64,000 bases of DNA from Anaerolineales bacterium (GCA_034520505.1 JAXHNK010000003.1:22323-86322), one strand, 5' to 3'. Counted from the first letter of the stretch, positions 34,056 to 44,563 are shown. A program made the numbers and translations. The notes: generated by a model not told the origin, from the letters alone.

Positions 34056-34748
34056 TCAGGCTCTCATGTAGAGATAGGACCGGCCCCGTTTGCCCACCTG
34101 TTCAATTTCCCCCACCCGCCGCAGGCAGTAAGCCATTTTTTGCGCCAAACTGCGGGAGCTTTCTAACGCTCCTGCCAGGTCCCGGGTGGTGAATTCCGGA
34201 GGTAAATCCTCCGGGAGCAGGTTTCCCAGGTCCCCGGGAGTGGAGAAGGAAAGGATCCTGACTACCTCAATCAACCGGCGTTCTACCCGCTCCCACCCGT
34301 TGTTCCACCACATTTTCCTGCCCGAAAACCGGCGGACCTCTTCTTCCTGGATCAAGGCGACTTCCAGGGTGAAATTCTCCTCAGCCAACAATTCAGGAAA
34401 ACTGACCAATTCAAAAAAGACTTCTTCCACCCGACCCCGCTTGGGTGATTTTCTCCTCCGGTCTTCCTCCCCTTCCTCTTTCGCCAATTTATACAGCCAT
34501 TTCTCGGCCGCGATGGGATAAACCAGGGTCAGGGGATAATTCGCAGTTAGTCGGTGCATTTTCTTTTTGATGTTGGAAAAGCTGCCGGTTTGGATCTCAA
34601 TCAAACCTTCCTCGCGGAAGATATCAACCACAAAACCATCCAGGGAGACTTCCACCCGATCGCCCGGACGGGCATACCAGTTTTTTAAACCGGCATGCAG
34701 GGGCTGTTCATTAAGCTCACCGATCCGGTGGGGAGAGTTTCCGGTCAT
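34056..34748 (-). CDS. hypothetical protein, possible PD-(D/E)xK nuclease-like N-domain plus wHTH-like C-terminus
   Basis: 230 aa. DGFVVDIFREEGLIEIQTG resembles a D...E-x-K/Q nuclease core. The C-terminus MAYCLRRVGEIEQVGKRGRSYLY is wHTH-like. Fold assignment is inference. Confidence 0.5.
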   Translation of the reverse strand: MTGNSPHRIGELNEQPLHAGLKNWYARPGDRVEVSLDGFVVDIFREEGLIEIQTGSFSNIKKKMHRLTANYPLTLVYPIAAEKWLYKLAKEEGEEDRRRKSPKRGRVEEVFFELVSFPELLAEENFTLEVALIQEEEVRRFSGRKMWWNNGWERVERRLIEVVRILSFSTPGDLGNLLPEDLPPEFTTRDLAGALESSRSLAQKMAYCLRRVGEIEQVGKRGRSYLYMRA

Positions 34749-34948
34749 CCCCGGCTCCTCACTAAGGCAATATCCATAATCATCTATTTTAACCGATCAG
34801 AGACATCAAACCGAGGAAGGATTAACAGCAATCGAGGGCTGTGACTCCACCAGCCCCCGACCATCTGGCTTTCAAACCAGGATTAATAAATCCGGGGATG
34901 ACTACATCCCCATCACAGACTCCCCAGGGAGCAGGTGCATCCATCCGC

Positions 34949-35764
34949 CTACTCTCTGTTTTCCTCAATCACCTGCTGGAAGGCGGCGAAAGGTTGAGCC
35001 CCGATCACCGGGGTGCCGTTGATCAGAAAGGTAGGCGTGCTCTGGACACCGATCTGCTGGGCCAGGCTGCGCTGAGCCTGCACCCTGCTGCTGTGTTTGC
35101 CGGATTCCAGGCAGGAGGCAAATTCGGTCGGGTCCAGATTGAGCTCATCCGCCAGGGAAGTTAAATTTTCCGCCGAAAAATCATTTACCCGGCCGGAAAA
35201 GAGCCCATCATGATAAGCCCAGAAGGCATCCTGGTCCGCTGCACACTCGCTGGCTTCGGCTGCCAGCAGGGAACCCTGACCGAGAATGGGGAAATGCCAG
35301 TACCCGAACCGGACCAGCCCTTGATCAATGTACTGCTGATCGATCTCCACCCCCGCATCCCGGGCAAAGGATCCACAGTAGCCGCATCGAAAATCACTGA
35401 ATTCAATGATAGTCACCGGCGCATCGGGGTCCCCTTTAAAATGGCGGGTTTCCCCCACCAGGGTTTCCATCACCAGCTGCCGCTGGGCTTGCTGGTCAGC
35501 CGAAAGGGTGGGGCGGGGTACCACCTCCGGATCTCCGGCTTGATTTTCCCCAGTGGTTTCTGAACCGGGGAGATATCCTTCTACCAGCGGACGCCCTAAA
35601 AATCCCCCCAGCAAACCAACGACCAGAGCGGCCGCACCAACTGCCGGGAACAGCCAGCCGGGGCGATTGCTCCCATTTTGAGCCCCCTCTTCCAAGGGTT
35701 CCCCCTCAGAGGCAGGGACCATTTCCTCAGCGTTCAGTGAATGATTTTCTCCATGCTCGGTCAT
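34949..35764 (-). CDS. membrane-anchored DsbA-family thiol:disulfide oxidoreductase
   Basis: One TM helix and the thioredoxin-fold active site FSDFRCGYCGSF. Confidence 0.85.
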   Translation of the reverse strand: MTEHGENHSLNAEEMVPASEGEPLEEGAQNGSNRPGWLFPAVGAAALVVGLLGGFLGRPLVEGYLPGSETTGENQAGDPEVVPRPTLSADQQAQRQLVMETLVGETRHFKGDPDAPVTIIEFSDFRCGYCGSFARDAGVEIDQQYIDQGLVRFGYWHFPILGQGSLLAAEASECAADQDAFWAYHDGLFSGRVNDFSAENLTSLADELNLDPTEFASCLESGKHSSRVQAQRSLAQQIGVQSTPTFLINGTPVIGAQPFAAFQQVIEENRE

Positions 35765-35823
35765 CTTAATTCCCTTCCTCCCTAGTTGAATCCTGCCTGA
35801 AAACCCGCAGCAATCGTCAAGGT

Positions 35824-36705
35824 TTAATAGAGTGAATCGGTCTCATCCTCACCGGGGTCCTCACCCGCATCCTCACCGGGGTCCTCACCCGCATCCTCGC
35901 CGGCCTCAACCTCGGTCCCGCCTTCACCACCGCCCCCCACGATCACTGTCCCCGACATGCCCTTTCCACCCGGACCGCCATGATAAACACAGTAGTAGGG
36001 AAAAGTCCCCTCTTCCTCAAATGTGAAAGCGAAGGTGTCGCCCTGCTCCATATTCCCGCTGTCGAACAAACCATCGTCAGCAGTCACGGTGTGGGAAATC
36101 GAACCCGTCTGGTTCCAGACTACGGTCGTTCCCGGCTGGATGACAATTTCCTCCGGACCAAATTTCGAATCCAGGACTTCAACCATTCTTTCCTCACCAC
36201 CACTGGCCTGGTCCCCCAAAACCTGGAAAGGCACAGTCACTACCTGGTCTGCTGCCTTTACAGGGGGATCCGCCTCCGGAAATTCATAGGTTCCTTCTTC
36301 CCCGGAATCCGTGTGCAGCATGGCAAATAGGGTCGCTGTCACCTGATCTTCTTCAACTTGAACCTCCACATCAAAATTGGTTCCGCTTTGCAAAGCTGCG
36401 TAACCGATCACCGGACCGGGGTTTCCTCCCTGATCAGCGTGAATGACTACCCAGCCGGGGCCAGAACTGACTGCCTCGGGGATGATCACTGCTCCAGAAG
36501 TGATTTTCTGATCCTGGACCTGAAGTGAGGGGGTGACTTCCTCCTCTTCAGCGTCTGCTTCCGGCGTTTCGGTTTCCACCTCCGGGGTCAGCGAAGGTTC
36601 AGCTTCGACCCTTTCCGGTGTGGGGGCTGCGGCCTGACAGGCGCTGACCAGCACGGCCAGAACAATCAGGGCTGCGATAAATAAATAGGGACGTTGGTTT
36701 TTCAT
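35824..36705 (-). CDS. lipoprotein with C-terminal plastocyanin/cupredoxin domain and acidic repeat tail
   Basis: Lipobox LVSAC. Type-1 Cu ligand context SISHTVT ... YYCVYHGGPGGKGMSG. The tail is GEDAGEDPGEDAGEDPGED. Confidence 0.8.
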   Translation of the reverse strand: MKNQRPYLFIAALIVLAVLVSACQAAAPTPERVEAEPSLTPEVETETPEADAEEEEVTPSLQVQDQKITSGAVIIPEAVSSGPGWVVIHADQGGNPGPVIGYAALQSGTNFDVEVQVEEDQVTATLFAMLHTDSGEEGTYEFPEADPPVKAADQVVTVPFQVLGDQASGGEERMVEVLDSKFGPEEIVIQPGTTVVWNQTGSISHTVTADDGLFDSGNMEQGDTFAFTFEEEGTFPYYCVYHGGPGGKGMSGTVIVGGGGEGGTEVEAGEDAGEDPGEDAGEDPGEDETDSLY

Positions 36706-36828
36706 GCTTAACTACCTCCTTGAGAAACGAATAACGGGCACCTCTAATTACCAATAAAAACTGCGGTTCACGGTTCCACAATGCCTGATTTACGCTAAAT
36801 CGCTGAATAAAACGATCTATAAAATTTT

Positions 36829-38001
36829 CTACGCCCCTCCGGCCTGATAGAGGTCGGGGTCCGTGGGGGTTTCTCCTGAAGGATCATAGACGTGAACCCA
36901 ATCCCCCTCTTCAGCCCATAAGAAAAGAAAATGGGCATCACCGGGGGATAGGTTAACACAACCCTTGGACTGCGGGGTGCCGAATTGATCATGCCAGTAG
37001 GCGCCGTGCAGCGCCCGGGATTGGTCAAAGTACATCGTCCAGGGGACATCTTCCAGGTAATAGTAATCCGAACGGTCCGCGGCAAATGACCCCCGCATGG
37101 TTTCCGCCTCGACCTTGGACTCGATCTGGAACGATCCCGGACGGGTCCAGAATCCAGGGACCCCGGTAGCCGTTAATGTGGCATAGATCAGCTGCTGATC
37201 CTCATAGACCGTAAGGATTTGCTGCTCGAGGTTGATTTTGATCCAGCGGCTGCCTTCCACCCCCCGGGGTCGGGAAGCGTCCGGCATCACCCAGGCCGCT
37301 TTCTGGGCGGGGATCCATTCCCGGGGACTAATTTGCAGCCATTGAACGCCTTCAAGTTCCCGGGTCTGATAGACCGGGATCATCTGGTAGCGGGAATATG
37401 TCTTTCCAGCGGCATCCGGGTTCCCCGCCCCGGGCTCCCGCTGACTTTCCACCGGGTAAAGCACCCAGCCGAACCCGTGATCCGGGGTCTGGTGAAATTC
37501 CCTCCCCTGAAAGGAAGAAAGGGAGTTCCAGGATTCAGCCTCTCCCCCCGGCATCCATAAATCAGCCGCGGTCAAATAATACCAGCGGCTGCCTTTTTTC
37601 ACCTGGTTGTAGGCGCTGACAAAATCAAATCCCGGAAGCAGGCGCCGGGGGGAATTTTTCCCCGCTGCCGCATCCTCCACCGACCAGTAGAGAGGGACCT
37701 TGGCATTCAGCACTCTCAGATAACGATAGGGAACCTCCGCCAGCGCCGGGTCCGGCTCCTGGGTGGGGAGAGAACCATCCGGCAGCGGCCAACATTCATC
37801 TTCCATCACCAGCTGAGCATAATAATATCCCAGGCAGGGGAATCCCTCCCCCACCGGTGATTGAAAACCGGGCAGATCGCTTCCGGAGGGATCCGCGGGG
37901 ACAGCTGCTGCCTGAAGGGGACGCGGTGAAGAAAGAAAACCTCCCAAACTCAGGACCAGGGCTATGAATAGTAAAAGTGTTTTTTTCAGTAATTTCAGCA
38001 T
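36829..38001 (-). CDS. L,D-transpeptidase (YkuD) family protein
   Basis: Signal peptide plus the catalytic block ALHGAYWHDQFGTPQSKGCVNLSPGDA. Confidence 0.8.
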   Translation of the reverse strand: MLKLLKKTLLLFIALVLSLGGFLSSPRPLQAAAVPADPSGSDLPGFQSPVGEGFPCLGYYYAQLVMEDECWPLPDGSLPTQEPDPALAEVPYRYLRVLNAKVPLYWSVEDAAAGKNSPRRLLPGFDFVSAYNQVKKGSRWYYLTAADLWMPGGEAESWNSLSSFQGREFHQTPDHGFGWVLYPVESQREPGAGNPDAAGKTYSRYQMIPVYQTRELEGVQWLQISPREWIPAQKAAWVMPDASRPRGVEGSRWIKINLEQQILTVYEDQQLIYATLTATGVPGFWTRPGSFQIESKVEAETMRGSFAADRSDYYYLEDVPWTMYFDQSRALHGAYWHDQFGTPQSKGCVNLSPGDAHFLFLWAEEGDWVHVYDPSGETPTDPDLYQAGGA

Positions 38002-38169
38002 AAAATGATCATCTCAGTACACTGGATTGACTAGCTGCCCTTGAGCAATTGACGGGGTAAGCGTCAGCCCTCCTGAACATACTACCCGGGGAAGATTAAT
38101 GCCACATAAATACCCGCACAAAAAAAGGATATCGTGTTTAATCGGACGTGATGAAATCAAAGCATCTTA

Positions 38170-38205
38170 CCCGATCGGAAGGTCGGACCCGATCGGAAGG
38201 TCGGA
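38170..38205. repeat. two perfect tandem 18-bp units, each containing the palindrome CCGATCGG
   Basis: CCCGATCGGAAGGTCGGA occurs twice (38170-38187 and 38188-38205), in the spacer between the GGDEF stop and the L,D-transpeptidase start. Confidence 0.9.
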
Positions 38206-38225
38206 CGCCTGCTATCAGCGTGGAG

Positions 38226-39611
38226 CTAGGATCCTACAACCGCTATTTCCAGGCGGTTTTTGCCTTTTTCCTTGGCCCTATATAAGGCCTGATCTGCGGT
38301 ATTGAGCAGGGCCTCAGGGCTGACAGCGGGATCCGGTTGGGCGGTCACCACCCCGACGCTGAGGGTTACCCCCATCTGGTGTTGATCCTTCCCGAAGGTA
38401 AACTCAAGTTCTTTGAGGATCAGCCGGCATTTTTCTGCGACCCGGATGGCGCCCTGTTGATCTGTTGCCGGTAAAACCGCCGCGAACTCATCACCCCCGA
38501 AACGGGCCAGCAGATCCCCCGGCCGCTGGAAGGCAGTGGATAGGGCCTGAGCCACGGTCTGCAGATACTGATCTCCCCTCAAATGCCCAAATTGATCATT
38601 AATCGCTTTGAAATTATCCACATCCATGATCAGCAAAGAAAGCGGTTCGTCGTTTCGCCGGGAACGCTTCCATTCGGTTTCCAGCATCTGATTGAAAAAC
38701 CGGCGGTTGGCGATCCCGGTGAGCTCATCGGTGATTGACACCTGATGAAGCCGCTCGCTCAATTCTTTATACTTTTTCCGGCTTTCTTTTAATTCCTTGA
38801 TAAGCTGATCGCGCTCCAGTTCGGTTTTTTTCCGCTTTTCAATTTCCCGCTGAGCCCTGGTGAGTTCTTCTTCCAGGGCAAAAAAATCACTGAGGATGGA
38901 CAGCACCGAGCGGTTGACAATCATGACATCCTCTTTCCTGCTCTGCCAGTGGAGATACCCGTAGAGGAAAGGCAGGGTAAAAAGGGAGAGGAGCAGGCGG
39001 CTGATCAGGGTCCCGCTCATGATGCTCAAATAATCCGGGGTGCCCGCAAAAGCGCCGGTCGCAAACAGCACCACATCCAGCAGCAGCACCCCCAGCAGGG
39101 TGAGATAGGTGCGCAGCCAGAGGTTGATCCTCAGGGCATATTTCCCCAAAAATTCCCAGGCGATGCCCAGGAAAATCAGGTCGATAAAAGTGGTGATCAC
39201 CGAAGCGGAATTGATCCGCAGGCTGGGCTCCGGGATCTGGATCAGGGAGGAATTAAACATGAGTTCTGTTTGTTGGTGCAGGACAGCCGCGATCAGGGGC
39301 ATCAGGATCGACACCCCCAGCACCGTAGAAATCGCCACCCGGGCATGATAGGGTCCATCAAAGACATAGACCACAAAAACGCTCAACAGCAGCGAGGTGT
39401 AAAAGACGGTGGAACCGACCACAAAAGTGATCCCGCCGACATCGACCGCCAGTCCGGCATCCGTGACCCAGGACATGATCGCCGTCACTCCCCCCAGTAA
39501 TGCATAAAAATGGGCGGGGCCAAACCGCTTGCGCAGGGAATGCGCCCCCAGCACCAGGAAATACATCCCCATGGCTTCTAAGATTAAAATCAAGGCAGCT
39601 TGGTTGATCAT
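38226..39611 (-). CDS. diguanylate cyclase (GGDEF) with N-terminal polytopic membrane sensor domain
   Basis: About 6-7 TM helices, a coiled coil, then the GGDEF domain (RFGGDEFA). Confidence 0.9.
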   Translation of the reverse strand: MINQAALILILEAMGMYFLVLGAHSLRKRFGPAHFYALLGGVTAIMSWVTDAGLAVDVGGITFVVGSTVFYTSLLLSVFVVYVFDGPYHARVAISTVLGVSILMPLIAAVLHQQTELMFNSSLIQIPEPSLRINSASVITTFIDLIFLGIAWEFLGKYALRINLWLRTYLTLLGVLLLDVVLFATGAFAGTPDYLSIMSGTLISRLLLSLFTLPFLYGYLHWQSRKEDVMIVNRSVLSILSDFFALEEELTRAQREIEKRKKTELERDQLIKELKESRKKYKELSERLHQVSITDELTGIANRRFFNQMLETEWKRSRRNDEPLSLLIMDVDNFKAINDQFGHLRGDQYLQTVAQALSTAFQRPGDLLARFGGDEFAAVLPATDQQGAIRVAEKCRLILKELEFTFGKDQHQMGVTLSVGVVTAQPDPAVSPEALLNTADQALYRAKEKGKNRLEIAVVGS

Positions 39612-39855
39612 GGCAGGGTCCTCAAATCGGCGATCTTGTTCGCCTTACAGGATGGATGGCTGTCCCAGCAATAGAAAGGATCTGCCGGCCTCAGGTAGTT
39701 TGGTCCCGGTTATTTTAGCACAAACCATACACTCCGGGGTGCTGGTCCTTCCTCCAGGGCAGAAGCGAAAAAGAGCCGGCATTGTTTTTCCGCCGGTTGT
39801 CCCTCCCGACATTTCATGATATAATTCTTTCGTATTTTTCGGAAAAGGAAAGGAA

Positions 39856-40566
39856 ATGACCGCATTAACCCCCCGGCAAATTGAATTCTTGGACCAATTC
39901 CTGATCAGCTACCAGCGGACGGGACGTCCCCTGCACTACACCGAGCTGGCGGATGAGCTCAACCTGGGGAAAGTGACCGTCTATGAAAAACTGCGCCTGT
40001 TAGAGGAGCACGGATATGTGAAATCCGAATACCATCTCCCGGAAGGCGATCGCGGTCCCGGACGGTCGACCGTTTATTTCCTACCCACGGAAAAAGCTCT
40101 GGGTTCTGAATACTCCCGGACCAGGGACAATGAAGAAACCGCAGCCTGGGAGGAAACCACCGCTGAGATCCTGCACCGGTTAGAAAACAATCAGGAAAAC
40201 AGCTACGAACCTTTCCTGGGCGAACTGCTCAACCGCCTTTCCCACCAGAAATCACCGCTGGTTTATCTGACCGAAGTGAGCACCGCTATTGTGCTGGCGC
40301 TGGACTCGGTGCGCGACCGGGCCGAGCAGATCAAACCTCTGGATCAGCTGGGTAAACTCGGGCTTCCCGGGGAGATTGACCTCAGCGCTCTGCCCGGAAT
40401 CGGCATTTCCCTGGCACTTCTGGAGCGGGTTAACGATCGGGCTTCCACCTATCTTGCCGAACAGAGCGGAAAGTTTCACACCACGCTGAAAACCATGGAC
40501 GAAGAAAAACAGCACCTGGTGAGCGAATTCACCCGCCGGGTGACCAAAATTGTTTATGATCAATAA
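39856..40566 (+). CDS. putative winged-helix DNA-binding protein, unknown C-terminal domain
   Basis: The N-terminus LTPRQIEFLDQFLISYQRTGRPLHYTELADELNLGKVTVYEKLRLLEEHGYV is wHTH-like. The remainder is not recognised. Confidence 0.55.
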   Translation: MTALTPRQIEFLDQFLISYQRTGRPLHYTELADELNLGKVTVYEKLRLLEEHGYVKSEYHLPEGDRGPGRSTVYFLPTEKALGSEYSRTRDNEETAAWEETTAEILHRLENNQENSYEPFLGELLNRLSHQKSPLVYLTEVSTAIVLALDSVRDRAEQIKPLDQLGKLGLPGEIDLSALPGIGISLALLERVNDRASTYLAEQSGKFHTTLKTMDEEKQHLVSEFTRRVTKIVYDQ

Positions 40567-40611
40567 GAGTTTTTTTAATGAATTTTTTCGTTTTTTTCAC
40601 AAGGAGGACTT

Positions 40612-41460
40612 ATGCCCCGTTTAGCTATTCTCACCGACAGCACGGCCTACTTATCCCCGGAAACGATCCAGCAGTATTCCATCCGGGTGCTCCCCCTGAA
40701 GATCCACTGCGAAGAACAGACTTACCGCGACGGCGTGGAGATCACCCCGGATGAATTCTACACCCGATTGACCAACGGCTGTCCCCTGCCCACCACGTCC
40801 CAGCCTGCCGCAGGGGAATTTCTGGCCGCTTTCCAGGAACTGAGGGAGGATTATGACGGCGTGCTGGTCCCCTTGATTTCTTCCGGGATCAGCGGGACGG
40901 TGGATTCAGCCCTTTCCGCCGCTGAAGAAGTCACCGACCTGGATGTGGAAATTGTTGACACCCGGATCACCTCCGCCGGTTTGGCCATGATCGTGATCGC
41001 GGCGGCCAGAGCCATTGAAGAAGGGGCTTCTCTGCAGGAAGCGGCTGATCTCGCCCGGCAGATTGCGGACCGGGTGAAAACCTTTTTTGTCGTCGACACC
41101 CTGGAATATTTGCACAAGGGGGGACGGATCGGAGGGGCTTCCCGCTACCTGGGCACCGCCCTGCGCATCAAACCGATCCTCACCTTTGACCGGGAGGGAA
41201 AAATTGACGCTCTGGAGAGGATCCGGACCCGGGGCAAAGCCCTCCAGCGTTTGCTGGAATTAGTCCAAGAACAGGCTGACGGCAAACCGATCCATGCCGG
41301 GGTGGTTCATGCCCAGGCGCCGGAAGAAGCTGAGAAACTCAGGGCCAGGCTGGGAGAGTGCGTGGACTGCCAGGACCTGGAAACGTATCAGTTAAGTCCG
41401 GTTATCGGCACCCATGTCGGTCCGGGCACGCTGGGTATTGCCATGTACTCAGAGGATTAA
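40612..41460 (+). CDS. DegV-family fatty-acid-binding protein
   Basis: 282 aa with IAILTDSTAYL, TSQPAAGEF and ISSGISGT motifs. Confidence 0.9.
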   Translation: MPRLAILTDSTAYLSPETIQQYSIRVLPLKIHCEEQTYRDGVEITPDEFYTRLTNGCPLPTTSQPAAGEFLAAFQELREDYDGVLVPLISSGISGTVDSALSAAEEVTDLDVEIVDTRITSAGLAMIVIAAARAIEEGASLQEAADLARQIADRVKTFFVVDTLEYLHKGGRIGGASRYLGTALRIKPILTFDREGKIDALERIRTRGKALQRLLELVQEQADGKPIHAGVVHAQAPEEAEKLRARLGECVDCQDLETYQLSPVIGTHVGPGTLGIAMYSED

Positions 41461-41463
41461 CCC

Positions 41464-41499
41464 AAAAAAACCCTGAAGGCTGGTCAGCCTTCAGGGTTA
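41464..41499. terminator. intrinsic terminator between convergent DegV and dehydrogenase genes
   Basis: AAAAAAA-CCCTGAAGGCT-ggtc-AGCCTTCAGGG-TTAA. The minus strand reads the stem followed by UUUUUUU. Confidence 0.75.
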
Positions 41500-41520
41500 A
41501 TCGTCGTCCGGGGGATTCTT

Positions 41521-42823
41521 TTATTTCTTTTCCAGCTGATAAATTCCGCCGCTGATATCCAGCAGATACACTTCACCCGCCGCGTCCTGACTGACTGCCG
41601 TTATCCGGTAATCAGTAGCGAAACAGCTGTTCATTCTGCCATTGGCCGTCGGGTCCTTGAAGCAAACCCCACACCGTCCCGGTGCAGTAATCCCCGTACA
41701 GATATACTCCCTGCCAGGCCGGCAAACTTCCCCGGTAAACAGCACCCCCGGAGATTGAACACCCCCGGGAATGGTCATATTCAGCCACCGGATCGATCAG
41801 ACGGGCGTCATCCGGAGGCGACCCTTCAAAGGGATGGGCGCCCTCCCGGTAGTTCCATCCGAAGTTAACGCCTCCAGAGGCAGCGGCCGGCAGATAATTG
41901 ACTTCTTCCCACTGGTTCTGACCTACATCCGCGATATACAGTTCGTCCGTCCGGGGGTCATGGGTGAAGCGCCAGGGGTTGCGCAGCCCGTACGCCCAGA
42001 TCTCATCACCAAAAGGATTGTCCTCCGGGATGGTGTAGGGCAGCTGATCAACCTGGATCCGCAGTAATTTTCCCAGCAGGGTGTCCAGGTTCTGGGCGTT
42101 GCCCTGGGGATCACCGCCCGAACCGCCGTCACCGGTGCCGATCCACAAATAACCCTCCGGCCCAAAAGAAACCTGCCCCCCGTTGTGATTTCCATAAGGC
42201 TGGGCAATGGTTAAAACCACTTCTTCGCTGCCGGCATCCGCCTGATCAGGATCCGCCGAGACCTGAAAGCGGGAGACCACTGTATCTCCCTGATTATCCG
42301 TGTAATTGATGAAAAAATAGCCGTTCTCCTCATAGCGGGGATGAAAAGCCAGGCCCAGCAGCCCCTGTTCATTTCCCGAATCCCCGACCTGATCCCGGAT
42401 ATCCAAAAAGGGATTGGGGATTAATTTTCCGTCCTCGATGATGCGGATCCGGCCCGGCTGTTCGAGGACAAAAAGCCACCCTGAGCCGTCCCCGGCTGAC
42501 ATCAGGCCAACCGGCCTGGTCAGACTCTCCGCCACCTGGGTCCAGCGGTAATCCCCGGGGTCCGGCAGTGAAGCAGCCGATTCTGGCTCCTGAGCGTCTT
42601 CAGCGGTGGGGAGCGCCTCGGCAGTGGGATGTGCGGTCGCCGGGGATGAGGTCACGGTCGCCGGGGGCGGGGCTGTCAGAGTCGCCGCGGAAGGTGTAAA
42701 ATCGACCGCGGCTGGTTCCGGGAGGTCAACACTTCCCCCGGCGCAGCCGGCCAGGAACAGGATTAAACCCAGGAACGCCGTTCGTCCCAGGCTGAAGCTA
42801 GAGATCGATTTCGCAGTTTTCAT
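41521..42823 (-). pseudogene. PQQ-dependent sugar (sorbosone/glucose) dehydrogenase lipoprotein, C-terminal frameshift
   Basis: Lipobox LFLAGC and GLLGLAFHPRYEENGYFFINYT. The main frame stops at 41612 (…NEQLFRY*). The expected family C-terminus ATDYRITAVSQDAAGEVYLLDISGGIYQLEKK continues in another frame to 41521. The junction is at the A3 run 41621-41623. Confidence 0.7.
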
Positions 42824-43155
42824 TTTTATCTTCTCCCCTGCATTTTTATTTTTTTGATGGGAAATTTCTGCCCCCGGGCGCTCTACCGATAAACCAGTGA
42901 CAGCGCACCATGAAAGGGTCCTGACGCCCGGGGACATTGAAACTGTTTTTTTCAGGGCGCACTGTTTGACGCTTCCGATTATAAAGAGCAAAGATAAATA
43001 TTAGATAAGAAAGCGGACGGGGGAAGCCCGGCTGAAGGGCGGAAACCAAAGTTTTTTATATAGTGTTAACCTTACTTATCTGCCCCCGTGGTAAAGTGTT
43101 CTTACATTTGATGGATATCAAGGCCCCAGATTCGGACCTTATGAGAGGTGTTCCT

Positions 43156-44262
43156 ATGAAAAGAATCGCTCTAGGATTGTTGATCCTCGCCGGGATTGCG
43201 GCAGGTTTATTCCTTTTTACCAGCTTCGGCGCCTCCGGCGATGAGGCCGTACCTGCCATCAATACCGGGAACACACCGTCAGGGAAAACAGCCCTGGCTA
43301 CCTTTGGCGGCGGCTGCTTCTGGTGTATGGAACCTCCTTTTGAGCAGCTGGACGGGGTGATCGATGTGGTTTCCGGTTACACCGGCGGCGATCTGGAAAA
43401 CCCCAGTTATGAGCAGGTCATCCAGGGAGACACCGGGCATTATGAGGCCGTCCAGGTCACCTATGACCCCGGGGTGATCAGCTACCAGGATTTGCTTTAT
43501 GTCTTCTGGCGCCAGATCGACCCCACGGATGACGGCGGGTCTTTCGTCGACCGGGGGTCTCAGTACCGGTCGGCCATTTTTTATCACGACACCGGTCAGA
43601 AGCGGGCCGCAGAGCGCTCCAGGAAGGAACTCGATCAATCCGGCCGTTATGACTCACCCATCGTGACTGAAATCTTGCCGGCGGAAACGTTTTATAAAGC
43701 GGAAGAATATCATCAGGATTATTTCCAGAAAAAAACCCTGCAGTACAAGGGCTACCGGGCAGGATCCGGCCGCGATCAGTATCTGGAGCGGGTGTGGGGG
43801 GATGAGACAGGCCTGCCCGAAAACGAATACCAGCGCCCTTCCGCGGAAGAACTCAAGCAAACCCTGACCGAGATGCAGTATTACGTCACCCAGCAGGACG
43901 GCACCGAACCGGCTTTCCAGAACGAATACTATGACAGCAAAGCGGAAGGTATCTACGTCGATGTGGTTTCCGGGGAGCCGCTGTTCAGCTCCACCGATAA
44001 ATTTACTTCGGGCACCGGCTGGCCGAGCTTCACCCGGCCGATCGAAGCTGATGTGCTGGTGGAGGTGGAGGACAACAGCTACGGAGTGACCAGGACAGAA
44101 GTACGCAGCGCTCTGGCTGATTCCCACCTCGGTCACGTCTTCAACGACGGCCCGGAACCGACCGGGCTGCGCTACTGCATCAACTCCGCCGCCCTGGATT
44201 TCGTCCCCCGGGAGGAGATGGATGCCCGCGGCTACGGAGCTTACTTATCCTTATTTCAATAA
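43156..44262 (+). CDS. msrAB: membrane-anchored bifunctional methionine sulfoxide reductase MsrA-MsrB
   Basis: N-terminal [21 protein letters not shown]. MsrA motif [12 protein letters not shown]. MsrB motifs GTGWPSF and RYCINS. Confidence 0.9.
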   Translation: MKRIALGLLILAGIAAGLFLFTSFGASGDEAVPAINTGNTPSGKTALATFGGGCFWCMEPPFEQLDGVIDVVSGYTGGDLENPSYEQVIQGDTGHYEAVQVTYDPGVISYQDLLYVFWRQIDPTDDGGSFVDRGSQYRSAIFYHDTGQKRAAERSRKELDQSGRYDSPIVTEILPAETFYKAEEYHQDYFQKKTLQYKGYRAGSGRDQYLERVWGDETGLPENEYQRPSAEELKQTLTEMQYYVTQQDGTEPAFQNEYYDSKAEGIYVDVVSGEPLFSSTDKFTSGTGWPSFTRPIEADVLVEVEDNSYGVTRTEVRSALADSHLGHVFNDGPEPTGLRYCINSAALDFVPREEMDARGYGAYLSLFQ

Positions 44263-44471
44263 GAGGGTGTGGATTTATCGCTCGCCGCTTTTCAGGATAA
44301 ATGGTTTCAACTTGTCCTGGGGACCGATATCCAGGGCAGACACTAACCGCGGGCAATGATCCTCTTTGACCTCAGGTTGTTCAGGGGCAAGCCGGGAGGC
44401 TTTAGGGGGAGATCAAGGATGGCGGTCAGCCAGTGTGCTCGCAAGTATTGCAAAGAGGAAATAAGATTGAA

Positions 44472-44502
44472 TTAAAAAGCCAAGCGCACGCAGGCTTGCG
44501 GC
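44472..44502 (-). terminator. intrinsic terminator just outside the partial tRNA copy
   Basis: The minus strand reads GCCGCAAGCC-ugcgugc-GCUUGGC followed by UUUUUAAUU. It sits about 60 nt downstream of the duplicated tRNA 3' end, where the ancestral tRNA terminator would be expected. Confidence 0.5.
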
Positions 44503-44563
44503 AAAAAAAACAGAGAATGGGTAAAAACCATTCTCCCGAAAGCAATACGGCGTATTACGACAG

